DNA of 64,000 bases from Eledone cirrhosa (GCA_964016885.1 OZ024740.1:11532001-11596000); one strand, 5' to 3'; numbered from the stretch's first letter, positions 51,199 to 64,000 are shown. Notes: generated by a model not told the origin, from the sequence alone. Numbers and translations: made by a program.

Positions 51199-54100
51199 GT
51201 AAAAAACGATGTTATAAGCTTTTCTGGGTGGGAAACGACGATGGGCTGGGTGGAGTAGGAATCATGGTAGCAGAAAAGTGGGCAGATAATAGACGTAAAT
51301 AGAGTGAACGACAGAATGATTAAAATACGACTTGTCCTCAATAGAACTACGGTGACAGTAATATCTGCGTACGCACCCCAATCCGGACTGCCCGGCACTA
51401 TAAAAGACAGATTCTATGAGACACTGATGCTAACTACCTCCCAAATATCCGACAGTGACTATATAATTATCGCAGGTGACCTAAATGGTCACGTTGGACA
51501 ACATTGTGACGGCTACGACGAAATCCATGGAGGCTATGGGTTTGGTACTAGAAATGAGGAAGGCTCCAGAATCCTGGAATTCTGTGATGCAAATAACCTA
51601 ACTATCTGTAACACTAACTTCAAAAAACATGACAATCACCTGATCACCTATAGATCCGGGGAACACACAAACCAGGTAGATTATATCCTTACCAGAAGAC
51701 GTGACAGAGTGTCTGTTGTAAACACTAAATCCCTCCCCCATGAAGAATGCACCTCCCAACATAGACTGATAATTAGCGAGCTCATAGTCAGGACGAGACG
51801 TACTCGACAGCAGAAGAGGACTATCCTCAGGAGAAAAATATGGAAGCTAAAGGACCCCACAGCCAGGAATAAATTTCAAAGCATATTACTTGATGCTTTC
51901 GACAGTAAGGAAGAACATTTACAGACGAAGTCTGTGGCTGGAGCAGGCCTGTAGGCAGGAGGAGAGTAACATGGTGGTGGAACAGTAAGGTGGAGGGGTC
52001 AATTAAGGCCAAAAAGCAGGCTTGGAAAGTATGGGGGGAAGTAGAGAAGACTATCAAGTGGCCAGGAGGGAAGCTAGGAGACAAGTGTACTTAGCAATAA
52101 GGGAAGCTGAGGAAAGAAAGTTCAAGCATGTTCTACAACGCGATGACCAAAAACGTGAGGTGTTCAGGATTGCTAGGCAATGCGTCAAGGAAAACCGTGA
52201 TATTGTCGGGGAGAAGTGTGTACTAAACGACGATGGCACACTTGCCATCACTGACGCTGATAAGAAGGTAGCTTGGAAGTGTCACTATGAAAGGCTACTA
52301 AATGAGGAGAATAAATGGGAGAAAGACAGTCTCCCCCATATCGACCCAATAGAGGGACCAGCAGTGTTAGTCGAGGGGAGTATAATAAGTAAGGCAATCA
52401 AGGATATAACTGTTATAAGGGTAAAGGAGACGCCCTAGATAGGAGTAACTATAGAGGCATTAAATTAATCGACCAGGTCATGAAGGTCACGGAAAAAGTA
52501 ATAGCGCAACTAATCAGAGAGAGAATTGACCTAGATGAAATGCAGTTCGGGTTTGTGTCAGGCAAAAGTACCACAGACGCTCTTTTCATAGTACGACAAC
52601 TACAGGAGAAGTACCTAGCTAAAGGTAAACCCCTCTACTTAGCTTTTGTCGACTTGGAGAAAGCCTTCGACAGAGTCCCCCGCTCCATTATCTGGTGGGC
52701 TCTTAGAAAACTAGGCGTTGACGAATGGCTTGTGAGGGCTATACAAGCCATGTATAAAGAAACAGTCAGCAAGGTTAGAATTAACAACGAATATAGTGAA
52801 GAGTTTAGCGTAAAAGTTGGCGTCCATCAGGGCTCTGTTCTCAGCCCCCTACTATTTATTATTGCCCTTCAGGCTATAACAGAGGAGTTCAAGACAGGCT
52901 GCCCATGGGAACTCCTATACGCAGACGACCTGACACTCATAGCGGAATCAATGGCCGAGCTAGAGAAGAAATTCCAAACATGGAAGCACGGCCTAGAGTC
53001 AAAAGGACTTAAAATTAACCTGGCTAAGACCAAAGTACTAGTTTGTAGGAAAGAAAACAAGGCGGCGGTCCCTTCTGGGAAATGGTCGTGCTCGGTGTGT
53101 AGGAAAGGCGTAGGTAGAAACTCCATTTTATGTCCTAAATGCAAAGTATGGGTGCATAAAAGATGTAGTGGGATCACAGGTAAGCTAACTAAGAACATAG
53201 ATTTTACATGTGGCCGGTGTTCTGGTGCAATAAGTAGCAGCAAGTGCCCACAAAATACTAGCTCTTTCAATTGCGCAGAGGGTTCTATAGAAATAGTGGA
53301 CAGCTTCTGTTACCTGGGCGATAAAATCAGCAGTGGGGGAGGGTGCTCTGAAAGTACTGTAGCTAGAGTCAGAACTGGTTGGAAAAAGTTCAGAGAGCTT
53401 ATACCACTATTAGCTGCTAAAGGGTTCTCCCTAAAAATGAAAGGCAGGTTGTACGATGCCTGCATACGAACAGCAATGCTGCATGGCAGTGAGACCTGGG
53501 CATTGTGTGCAGAGGATATACGCAGACTAGAGAGGAACGAAGCTTGCATGCTCCGCTGGATGTGTAACAGTGATATACGTAAACGGCAAAGCATAAATAG
53601 ATGTTGTTTACTCGAGAGAAGGCTACGTTGGTATGGACACGTGATGCGCATGAAAGTCGATAGCTGTATAACAAAGTGCAGGGCAATAAAGATAGACGGT
53701 AGTCACGGAATAGGCAGACCTAGAAAAACCTGGGACGAGCTGATAAACTCCGACATCACACACTTACACCTCTCCAAGACAATGTCACTGGACCGAGACC
53801 TTTGGCGGTACTCAGTAACAGAGAAGACCCGCCTTGCCAGTAGGCATCTCTAACAAAATACACCCCGTCCCACCACCACCACCCCCACCCCATCCACACC
53901 ACCCCGTTCTATGTAAAGTTATGTTGGTGTCGCGCCATCGAGGCCGAAACAAATGAGATCGTGTAGGTGTCACGACAAAAAAACACACAGTCCACGCTGT
54001 AATGTGGCCGTGTAGGCAACACGGTAAAAACCTCCCAGACCCACACTGTAAATGTGGTTGGTGTTAGGAAGGGCATCCAACTGTAGAAAACCTGCCAGAC

Positions 54101-54212
54101 AGTCCTATGCGAGCAAGACAATCACTCTTGCCTCAAGTGGGACTACCCCCGTCCAAACCCATGCAAGCGTGGAACACGGACGTTAAACGTTGATGATGAT
54201 GATGATGATGAT
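51195..54212 (+). mobile_element. Near full-length RTE family A copy (A9) with internal deletions
   Basis: Runs from EGKKRCYKL to the (GAT)n tail. Deletions near 51920, 52407 and 53597. Shares the EKTRLASRHL* end with A1. Confidence 0.94.
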
Positions 54213-54232
54213 ACATATACATACATATGTAT

Positions 54233-56581
54233 ATCATCATCATCATCATCATCACCGTTTTACGTCCGTTCTTCCACGCTAGCATGGGTTAGACGGGTTG
54301 TCCTGTTGTGTGCAGTGTCTGGTCGGCTGACCATGCCTTGCTCATACAGGAACTGATCTGGCTTGATTTCTACAGCTGGATGCCCTTCCTAACACCAACC
54401 TCACTTACAGTGAGTGCTGGGTGCTTTTTCGTGGCGCCTACACGTCCACATTACAGTGTGGGCTGGGTGCTTTTTTGCGGTGGGGGGTGTGGGGGCATAT
54501 TGTTTATATGCTTCAGCATGTACCCATGGGAGGTCGGGTACTCTGTATTACTGCGTGACGCCAGAAGTCACGGTCGTGTGTCATTGTCTTTGAGAGGTGT
54601 AATTGGGTAAGGTCGGCTTTTATCACCTCATCCCAGATCATCTTGGGTCTCCCCACTCCGCGGTTTCCATCAACTTCTAGTGTTCTGCACCTTTTTATGC
54701 AGCTGTCATCCTTCATACGCATCACATGTCCATACCAGCGCAACCGCCTCTCCTGCACACAGCATTTGATTCCTCTTATGCTCAGTCTCTCTCTCAATTC
54801 ATTTATGCTTTGTCGTTCACGTATATTACTGTTACACATCCATCGGAGCATGCAGGCTTCGTTTCTCTCTAATCTACGTAAGTCTTCCACCTTCAGCGCC
54901 CTGGTCTCACTACCATGCAACATCGCTGTTCGGATACACGCATCATACAGTCTGCCTTTCATTCTGAGGGAGAAGCCTTTTGCAGCTAGCAGTGGTAGTA
55001 GTTCCCTAAACTTCTTCCATCCCGTTCTTACCCTAGTTATTGTACTTTCTGAACACCCACCTCCGTTGCTAATTCGGTCACCTAGGTAGCAGAAGCTGTC
55101 TACTGTTTCTACAGGGCCCTCCCAGAGATTGGTGGTACTTGTTTCCTGTGGCTGTTTGCTGCTTGCTGTTTCAGCACAGCTGCTGCATGTGAAGCCTACA
55201 TTCTTAATTAAGCTTCCTGAGATCCCGCTACATCTCTTGTGTACCCATTGTTTGCATTTGGGGCAGAGAATGGAGTTCCTACCTACACCTTTCCTACATA
55301 CTGAGCAAGGCCATTTCCCCGAGGGGATCTGGGTTCTGTTTTCTCGTCTACTTACAAGGACCTTAGTCTTGGTCATGTTGACTTTGAGACCCTTTCTCTC
55401 TAGTCCCTGCTTCCAGGTTTGGAATTTATTCTCTAGTTCTACCATAGATTCAGCTATGAGTGCGAGGTCATCAGCATACAGGAGTTCCCATGGGCATCCG
55501 GTCTTAAACTCCTCCGTTATTGCCTGCAGGACTATGATGAACAGGGGAGGGCTAAGAACAGCCCTGGTGGACCCCAACCTGTATGCTAAATTCCTCGCTA
55601 TACTCATTGCTAATCCTAACTTTGCTGACTGCTCCCCTATACATGGCTTGTACCGCTTTCACAAGCCATTCATCTACTCCTAGTTTTCTAAGAGCCCACC
55701 AGATTACAGCATGTGGAACTCTGTCAAAGGCTTTCTCAAGGTCGACAAATGCCAAGTAGAGTGGCTTACTTTTAGCTAGGTACTTTTCCTGTAATTGCCT
55801 CACAAGGAAGAGGGCATCAGTGGTGCTTCTTCCTGGTACAAACCCAAATTGCATCTCGTCTATATTCACCCGGTCCCTAATCAGCTGTGCTATAACTCTT
55901 TCTGTTACTTTCATGACCTGGTCCATCAACTTTATACCTCTATAGTTTCCTCTATCTAGTGCATCGCCTTTGCCTTTGTAGCAGTTGACAATGATGCTAC
56001 TGCACCAATCTTTTGGTATGGCCCATTCTAGTATTACCTGGTTAACGATACGTGTGGTTATAGTGTGACCTACAGACCCAGATGCCTTCAGCATCTCGGC
56101 AGCTATACCCGATGGACCGGTTGCCTTCCCCATCTTCATATCTTTGATTGCCTTACTTACTACGCTGCTGCTGACTTGTACTGCTGGTCCCTCTATAGGG
56201 TCTACTTGGGGTAGGGTCTCTTCTTCCCATGCATTCTCCTCATTTAGTAATCTATCATAATGACTCTTCCATGCATCTTTCTTCTCAGCACTTGTGAGGG
56301 CAAGCTCACCTTTATCATTCCGGATACACTTCTCTCCAATGACATCACAACTATCTCTGACACACTGCCTCGCAATCTTGAATACCTCCTGTTTCTGGTC
56401 CTCACGTTGTAAAACATGCTTGAATTTTCTATCCTCCGCTTCCCTCCTAGCTATGTAATGTACCTTGCTCCTCCCGTTCTTCCATTCTTTCCATGCCTGT
56501 CTCTTGGCCTTAACTGCTTCATCTACCTTATTGTTCCACCACCAAGTCACTCTCCTCCTGCTTGAGGTCTTACTCCAGCCA
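54233..56581 (-). mobile_element. 5'-truncated RTE family B copy, tail-to-tail with A9
   Basis: ORFs 55552-56652 and 54513-55607 (one frameshift) with [13 protein letters not shown] and the same PHD finger; distinct 3' UTR. Confidence 0.93.
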
Positions 56582-57085
56582 TATATATATATATATATAT
56601 ATGTGTGTATATATATATATACACAAAGAGCAAAGGAGCTCTTAAGAGTCAATGGCCATCCAAAATCACTGGGAGAGATGACTCCTTAGCCTTTGTCAAG
56701 GCAGAATTCTAGAAGGAAAACTCTGATATAACACCTGCAACCCTGATGGTATCCAATGATGTTGACTTGTTCTTCTTTTTGGTAAATATCATCTTGGTTA
56801 AGAGAGTTGGACTGGCTTTGTGCAGTGCCTTTGCTCACTATAAAAGCTTCACGGCACAGGCATTGCTTTATATATGGAGATCTCTCTGCACTTGTCATCA
56901 CATGGTACCATGGGCCTAGCACTATGTGTCAATAATTGTCACAAGTGTAGTGTTTCTACCAGAGTTTTCAAGTCGCTGGCTGGACTAAAAAGTCACACTC
57001 GTCCAGCGTATCGGTAGGGGTTGTCCTACATGGATATAAAGTAGTGGCCGTACTCGAAAACGAGATGACAGCCACCATATATATA

Positions 57086-57121
<36 letters not shown>

Positions 57122-57146
57122 TGTATGTATGTATGTATGTATGTAT

Positions 57147-57389
57147 AGGCACATGGCTTAGTGGTTAGAGCATTGGCCTTGCAATCGAAAGGTTGTGAGT
57201 TCAATTCTCAGACCGGGTGATGTGTTATTTCCTTGAGCAAGACACTTTATCTCACATTGCTCCAGTTTACTCAGCTGTAGAAATGAGATGAAGGGTATCC
57301 AGCTGTAGAAATCAAGCCAGAATCAGTTCCCGTCCCACCCTTGCAAGCAGGGAAAAGCGGACGTAAAATGAAATGATGATGATGATGAT
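57147..57389 (+). mobile_element. CORE-type SINE with internal deletion
   Basis: Head and CORE join directly to AGGGTATCCAGCTG, then hairpin and (GAT)n. Confidence 0.88.
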
Positions 57390-57399
57390 ATACATACAT

Positions 57400-60017
57400 G
57401 AAAGCTTGAGCCTATGTGATGATGGGTAGATATGGAAGTTTGGTAAGACTGGTGAAACATGGAAAAGAGATACCACCTTGTCTGAAAACACTGTACCCAC
57501 AACAACTGACAATAAAAAAACTGAAAAAAACTCAGGGAAACTAAATTAGAACAACCTGCCATCCCCTGCACACAATCGTATACTGCAATCAAGGTACAAA
57601 TTGTTGTCCTTGAATGCACGTAGTCTATGCAATAAGATTCATCTTTTTGACTCCTACGTCAAAAGTATCAACCCTGATTTCATTACAGTCACGGAAACTT
57701 GGGCACATCCCTTACTCTGTGATGAGGTTTTCAGCATAACTGGCTACAACCTGTTTCGTAAAGACCGCATTAATCTTCGCGGTGGTGGTGTAATGGTCTG
57801 CGTTCGGTCAAATTTGTCGGCAATTCCTTGTGTTGATTTGAACCAATCGCAGCAGGAAGTTTTTTTCTGCAATATACGTATGACCATGTCAACACTGCTA
57901 CTTGAGTCGTTTACCGTCCCCCAAATTATCATCAAGACACTCAACTTTGTGATATCCTCCGAGCTGCTGCCAGGAAAACAGCCACTTATGTTTTTATTGC
58001 AGGAGACTTCAATCACCCTGAGATTGACTGGGAAACCTTTCGTTGGCCGCCAAGTGCAAATGACTTCCTTGAGCTAGTGCTGGACTTGAATTGGTCCCAA
58101 GTAGTCACCTCCCCAACAAGAGGTGACAACATTTTGGACCTACTCTTCACTACTACTCCTGAAACGGTCATTAGTGTTATTGCTGAGGAACCTTTAGGTG
58201 ACTCTGATCATGCTATGTTCATTGCCAATCTATCCTTCATGGGCAGTAACAAGAACCACAACCATCTCCAAACTGCTCACTTTGACTGGAATAAAGCAGA
58301 CTGGAACTGGTACTGCACCGAGTTGCAACGTCCAAACTGGCTTGAGTTCTACGACTCTGGAGATGTCAACACTGTACTCCAGAACATCCTGAGCTTAATA
58401 TGGACAGCATGTGTAGTATCGGTGCCACGTAAGCGGAAAAAACATCCCCAAAGTGCAATTTGGGAGACTGCAGCAGTCCGTCTTGCCAGAAAAGAACGTC
58501 GCAATGCTGAACGTGAGTACAAACTGCACAAATCAGACATTAATAGGAAGAGGCGAAATAGATCGTCCAACCACCTCAAACAGGTGACAAAAAAGGCAGT
58601 GCTTCAATTTGAGCAGCACATAGCAACCAGCCCTGATAGTAAGGTGTTGGTCCTCTTCACAATCGCCACACAAGCCAGGTTACTGACGACCCCCAAGGAA
58701 TGCGCAGAGCTCATTACTGAATGCTATGCAGGCATTTTCACTATTGAAGACCAGAGTGTACCGTCTTCACCACCTATGACACCGGACTCTATTACAACCA
58801 TCGATTTACACCTGCAATGCTGCAACGTCACCTAAAAAATAAACGCAACCATACCTCTCCTGGTCTTGATGGTGTTATGTACCTGCTTCTTAAACGTGGT
58901 GGGTATTTCCTTCTGCACCAGCTATCACGCTTCTTCCAATTCAGTCTGAACAACGGTGCTACTCCAGAACAGTGAAATCCTGCCAGTGTCATTCCTCTGT
59001 TCAAAAAGGGTGACCGCACATCACCTGTGAACTATCGTCCAGTCAGTCTTACTAGTTGCATTGCCAAACTGATGGAATCCTGTGTCAGAGAAACACTTTG
59101 GAACTTCTGGAACTCTCACAGTCTTCGGCCCTCGCAATTTGGATTTATCCCCAACTCCAGCTGCTGTGATGAACTTATCGAGTTTCTTGAAGACATGACC
59201 CGGATCACTGATGGTGGCTCATGGGTGGACGTTGTTTACCTTGACTTTGCGAAAGCTTTCAATTCTGTGCCACACAAAAGGCTTATGGCAAAACACTCTG
59301 CAATGGGTGTGAAGGATGATCTTTTTAACTGGTTGAAGTCCTTCATTCTCAGTCAAAGAGAGGTAGTCACGGTTCTGGGACATCATTCCTCACCATATGA
59401 GATGTCATCTGGTGTACCACAGGGATCTGTTCTTGGCCCCCTTTTGTTTGTGGCATATATTAATGACATAGATGCCAACTTAAAGAATGCCACAGTACTA
59501 AAGTACGCAGACGACATCAAGCTGTACCTTGAGATAAAAAGGACAGATCCTGAACACTATAGATCTTGCTTGCAGTCTGACCTGGACACAATGCAACAGT
59601 GGATCTCAGACTGGCAACTCAAGCTAGCTGTGGACAAGTGCACCACCATACATTTTGGGAGTAAAAACCCAGCGTCCTCATACTCCCTCCACAGCACTAA
59701 TATCAAGAAGTCTTCTTGTGAATGTGACCTGGACATTACAGTCAGCAGCGATTTGCGTTGGACGAAGCACGTCTCTAAAATTGTCAAGAGGGCCGAGGGT
59801 GTCTTAGCATCACTCAGCAAGACCTTTGTCAGCCGCTCTCCAGCTATCTATTTAAGGCTGTACATGGCTATGGTGCGGCCACATTTAGAATTTGCATCAC
59901 CTATCTTGCTCAGAAGATTGACCGCCTGGAAACTGTTCAGAGCTCATACCCTCCATTAGGCATCTACCATACTCTGAACGCCTTGCTTCCCTGGGCATGG
60001 ATACATTGAAGCTCCGT
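57400..60017 (+). mobile_element. CR1-group LINE ORF2 (endonuclease + RT), frameshifted
   Basis: LSLNARSL, ITVTETW, ILDLLFT, DSDH; NYRPVSLTS, YLDFAKAF, SGVPQGSVLGP, YADD, VRPHLEFA. Boundaries approximate. Confidence 0.88.
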
Positions 60018-60285
60018 GTACTTAGTGGGTAAGGTTATGTAAAAATCCCAGAGTAGGCACAAAGTTAATTGCTTCAATACAACACACATAAATGGGTACC
60101 ATAAATCTATACCCGTACTCGAGTTTTGGCCATACTTAATATATGTGTGTCTATCTATGTCTCCCTCTCTGTAAATGTTTGTGTATGTGTATCATACTAT
60201 AGGTAAAACATACTCGTATATGTTATATAGGCTACAAATATCTCATACAGACCTCTCTATGTAGAGTAGTGTGATAATTTGCTTT

Positions 60286-60403
60286 ATATCAATAAGTGAC
60301 AGTTACTTGCAATACAAGTTTTCACCTAGTGGATGATCACAATGCAGTTGTAATCATCGACTAGGTGAAACTTGTAATGTAAGTAACTGCCACTTGTTGA
60401 TAT
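60286..60403. repeat. Imperfect palindrome (hairpin MITE-like)
   Basis: ~56-bp arms ATATCAATAAGTGACAGTTACTTGC...ACAA and TTGT...GTAAGTAACTGCCACTTGTTGATAT around a TGCAG loop. Confidence 0.8.
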
Positions 60404-60966
60404 TCATATATATTCACCACTAGTTACAATTGTTTTATAAAATGTTTATCACCTGTTTAGTGAATATATTTAGGAGGCACATATGTTATATCTAATATTT
60501 AAGGGCATCCAATTGTAGAAAGCTTGCCAAACAAAGGGTTGGGATGACCCTTTAGTTGTGTTAGTATATGACAACCTCCCTAGTGCTGGTGATGTACACA
60601 ATAAAAGCACACAGTACATGCTGTAAAATGGTTGGTGTTAAGATGAGCATTCAGCTAGAATACTTACCAAACAAAGGGTTGAGAGGACCCTTCAGTTTGT
60701 ATCAAACGACACAACTTCTCTGCAATCAATACATGACCTTATTTAAGTGAAATATAGACCCCTCAGCCTGTCTGGGAAGTCAGTAACCCTGTACCCCTAC
60801 TGACTCAGTCTATATAGATCCTTCCAGCCTTTGCTAGCAGGGAAAATTGACGTTAAATGACAATATATATAGAACCTATGCAAATGTCCCTCACATGTGC
60901 CTTTCTCCCGCAAAATTTATTTTTCATTTTATTTCTCTTCTCACTCTCCTTTATCTTTCTATTTCT

Positions 60967-61004
60967 ACTTTCTGATGAAGGACTAGTGTCTGAAATGTCA
61001 AGAC
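60967..61004 (+). ncRNA. Minimal hammerhead-like motif
   Basis: CTTT-CTGATGA-A-GGAC(tagt)GTCT-GAAA-T-GTC-AAG: core boxes, 4-bp stem II, GUC triplet, short stem I. Confidence 0.4.
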
Positions 61005-61179
61005 TTTTTTCCGACTATATCATTTGACTGTATTGTTTGCTTTGTTGTTTTTCGTTTACTTTCTGCGCGCACACACGCACACACACTCATTATCATCATC
61101 ATCAATTATTCACTTCAGTGAACAAAGTATTTCCATCATATATGTAAAGGCACGTATTCTAGTTTCATTTTATTGTGTA

Positions 61180-61624
61180 CTAGCCGAATTACCCGTGCTT
61201 TGCTGCATTTTTTTTGTAAGAAAATGATGATTGATTTTAAATCAGTGATATAATTTATGGAGAAAAATTCTTCATTTCAATATTACTCAATGTAAAATCT
61301 AATGCATGAAAAATTGGAAAACATTTTTTTTGTAATATATCAAATCAAAATTACATTATTAAATCTTATTCTTATTTTGTTTCTTGTAAATAATTTTTTT
61401 CAAAATATCAATTCAAAACTTTGTGAATAGGCATCATATCTTGTTATTTACCTATGGTTTAAATTTCATATAAATCGAAGGGAAAACATTTTCAGCCCCC
61501 GGGGAACCATTTGATTAAAATGAAATATACTTATCCTTTTACCCTGGTTATGGGGGTCTATCTCCAAAACCATAGGAGGAGTTCGTGAACAAACAGACAG
61601 GAACTACAACTTTATATATATAGA
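61180..61624 (-). mobile_element. Non-autonomous Helitron-like element
   Basis: Minus strand starts A|TCTATATATATAAAG and ends ...CACGGGTAATTCGG-CTAG|T. Confidence 0.6.
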
Positions 61625-62380
61625 TTACCCTTTGTGTGTGTCTGTGTGTAGTTTATAGTACATAGTTCAGTCTATGTGTACTAGAGCTTAATGTGTGTCG
61701 TCTTTGCAACACACTATTCTACCTATTTCTACTTCCTTAAGTACCCTGTGTGTGTGTTTATCCATGTGTGGTCCTACTGTCTGTTATTCTCTGTGTGTGG
61801 TCATCTCTCTGTCTCTCATTACTCTGCTGCTATATTTTACAGTGCTCCACTGTTCTATGTCAACTTCTGTTGTTATGTTGTGTTACATAACACACAACAA
61901 AACTACATATTGTCAATTCTTTAAAGCATCATCTCCCAAAGTGGGTTTCATAAAAAAATAATTCTGTGTTGTGATATAAAGCATCTTTTATCATTATTAT
62001 CATTTTGATATCCACTTTCCATGCTGGCATCAGTTGGCAGAACCGTTACAGTCTGAGTTCTTATTCAGGGACATTGTTCGGGTCGAGGAACCAAGTCGAA
62101 TTCGTACATTTCAGATTTTGAAACTGTTATATTTTAAAACTGTTTTTTATATGATTAAATTCTCTCTTTAAAATTATGGATTGGTAGATTGTCTGTAATA
62201 TGTAGTTATGAGTTCTGCAGTCTTTTGAAAGCCCTGATCAAAAGGAACATGCTGTGTGGTTAAAGATGTTTTGTATAGTTATTTGTAGTAATTGCTGTTT
62301 CCTGGTGTTTCAGGAATAGCCATGAAATATAACTAAATTCTATCAACTTTAACATCCTTATTTATTTTTCTTTATTCTAG

Positions 62381-62607
62381 GAAAACTATCCCAATCTGAT
62401 TTAGATGACAGAGCCATGGATGCTCTTAAAGAATTTCCTGCTGAAGATGCTGTATCTGTGTTGAAGCAGTTTTGTGATAGCAGCCTGGAACATGTTGCAA
62501 ACAAAAGTGCATTCTTATGTGGACAGATGAAGATGTTTCGACAGAGAACAAAAATACAGGGAATCCCAAATTCTGCTGCAAAGGGCCCTGATGAAACCAA
62601 ATTAAAA
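62381..62607 (+). CDS. SYNCRIP: hnRNP Q/R (Syncrip) homolog, second coding exon (N-terminal helical/NURR domain)
   Basis: Acceptor TTTTTCTTTATTCTAG| and donor |GTATGC (phase 0). Encodes KLSQSDLDDRAMDALKEF...VLKQF..S.LEHVANKSAFLCGQMK.FRQR...KGPDETKLK, which follows hnRNP Q/R DLDERAI.AL.EF...HVQNKSAFLCGVMKTYRQR...GPDEAKIK. Confidence 0.93.
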
Positions 62608-62664
62608 GTATGCTGCCAATTCTTTGATATTTACTACACATATATGCACGCACGCACGCACGCA

Positions 62665-62700
<36 letters not shown>

Positions 62701-62977
62701 TGTTCCCACCATGTTTTCAGAGTTTTTTTTTTATTTCAACATTCTTTGGTTCCTTGGAGCAGGTATTTCGGCCACCATTCTCCTTTCAATGGGATTAAAG
62801 TTTGATTAGATTTATAAAAGACATTTTCCCTGTGACTATACCGTTTTTCTAATATCCAGTTATAGTGTATCTAGGTCTATATTATCCAATATGGTTTCCA
62901 TTTTTTGAGCCAACAGTGTAGTATGGAGATTTGGCTAATATGCCTAGCAGGTTGAATGACTATATAGAAATTGTGAA

Positions 62978-63085
62978 TGCTTAGTAATTAGGGTGTTGGC
63001 TCATGGTCATAAGATTGTGGGTTTCATTCCTAGATCAGATGGTGTATTGTGTTCTTGAGCAAGACACTTCATTTCATATTGCTTT
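62978..63085 (+). mobile_element. Degenerate SINE head/CORE remnant
   Basis: GCTTAGTAATTAGGG...TGTGGGTTTCATTCC...GTTCTTGAGCAAGACACTTCATTTCATATTGCT. Confidence 0.6.
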
Positions 63086-63276
63086 TTATGATAGGACCGG
63101 GGCCCCTTTTCATTAAAGCACTCAAAACTTCTTATAAGATGCAAGATCGTAGGAAACCAGCTAAACCTGATTATGTGTGAGCTGTAAATTTAACATTTCA
63201 GATTTTTGATTATAGAGATTCCTTCAGTTGTTTTCAATGACTATAGTGAGTAATGGAGTGGGTCTTCTATTGAACA

Positions 63277-64000
63277 AGGTTTAACAGCACGAGATCTAAC
63301 CTCAACATAAGGTCTAACAGCACGAGATCTAACCTTAACATAAAGTCTAACAGCACGAGATCTAACCTTAACATAAGGTCTAACAGCATGAGATCTAACC
63401 TCAACATAAAGTTTAACAGCATGAGATCTAACCTCAACATAAGGTTTAACAGCATGAGATCTAACCTCAACATAAGGTCTAACAGCATGAGATCTAACCT
63501 CAACATAAGGTCTAACAGCATGAGATCTAACCTCAACATAAGGTCTAACAGCATGAGATCTAACCTCAACATAAGGTCTAACAGCACGAGATCTAACCTC
63601 AACATAAAGTCTAACAGCACGAGATCTAACCTTAACATAAGGTCTAACAGCATGAGATCTAACCTCAACATAAGGTCTAACAGCATGAAATCTAACCTTA
63701 ACATAAGGTCTAACAGCATGAGATCTAACCTCAACATAAGGTCTAACAGCATGAGATCTAACCTCAACATAAGGTCTAACAGCATGAGATCTAACCTCAA
63801 CATAAGGTCTAACAGCATGAGATCTAACCTCAACATAAGGTATAACAGCATGAGATCTAACCTCAACATAAGGTCTAACAGCATGAGATCTAACCTCAAC
63901 ATAAGGTCTAACAGCATGAGATCTAACCTCAACATAAGGTCTAACAGCATGAGATCTAACAGCATGAGATCTAACCTCAACATAAGGTCTAACAGCATGA
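63277..64000. repeat. 33-bp minisatellite (~22 units, runs off the window end)
   Basis: Unit AAGGTCTAACAGCATGAGATCTAACCTCAACAT, made of related 15- and 18-bp subunits. One extra 15-mer near 63955. Confidence 0.97.

Noticed and set aside
56620-57075. Unique-looking block between TA tracts as a hidden exon (also 23870-24040)
   Set aside because: No recognisable protein, and the flanking Syncrip exons already join without a gap; probably unidentified repeat fragments.
57147-57220. tRNA gene (also the heads of the other SINE copies)
   Set aside because: A and B boxes are present, but acceptor and anticodon stems pair poorly and the sequence continues into CORE and LINE tail; it is a SINE head. 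Parent tRNA not assigned.
63267-63998. 243-aa Leu-rich ORF (LDLMLRLDLML)n
   Set aside because: Translation of a 33-bp minisatellite whose unit is a multiple of three, antisense to the host intron; no splice or expression evidence.
63277-64000. CRISPR-like array (also considered for 25826-26192)
   Set aside because: Repeats are contiguous with no unique spacers, there are no cas genes, and the context is eukaryotic.

Overview
Eukaryotic, AT-rich animal DNA. The repeat complement points to a coleoid cephalopod, most likely an octopus (inference). The only host gene I can support is an hnRNP Q/R (Syncrip) homolog on the + strand. Its ATG exon (10023-10206) and next exon (62381-62607) join in frame across a ~52.2 kb intron. 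The rest is mostly mobile DNA: one apparently intact full-length RTE-clade LINE (1983-5813) behind a perfect 635-bp tandem array; about a dozen more copies or fragments of that family and three or four related RTE families; two CR1-type LINEs; tRNA-headed CORE-type SINEs with RTE-derived tails; a piggyBac and its MITEs; mariner/Tc1 elements; Helitron-like elements; a long foldback element; minisatellites; and many (TA)n/(TG)n tracts. Best candidate for an undescribed system is this RTE family. It (i) has a canonical C4HC3 PHD finger inside its reverse transcriptase, (ii) appears to use tandem 5' monomer arrays whose unit differs between subfamilies, (iii) has junctions almost always in (TA)n microsatellites, forming nested chains, and (iv) shares covarying 3' stem-loops with a SINE whose tail is chimeric. 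All calls are by eye with no database search. Boundaries of degenerate repeats are approximate, and the family labels A-D are my own.
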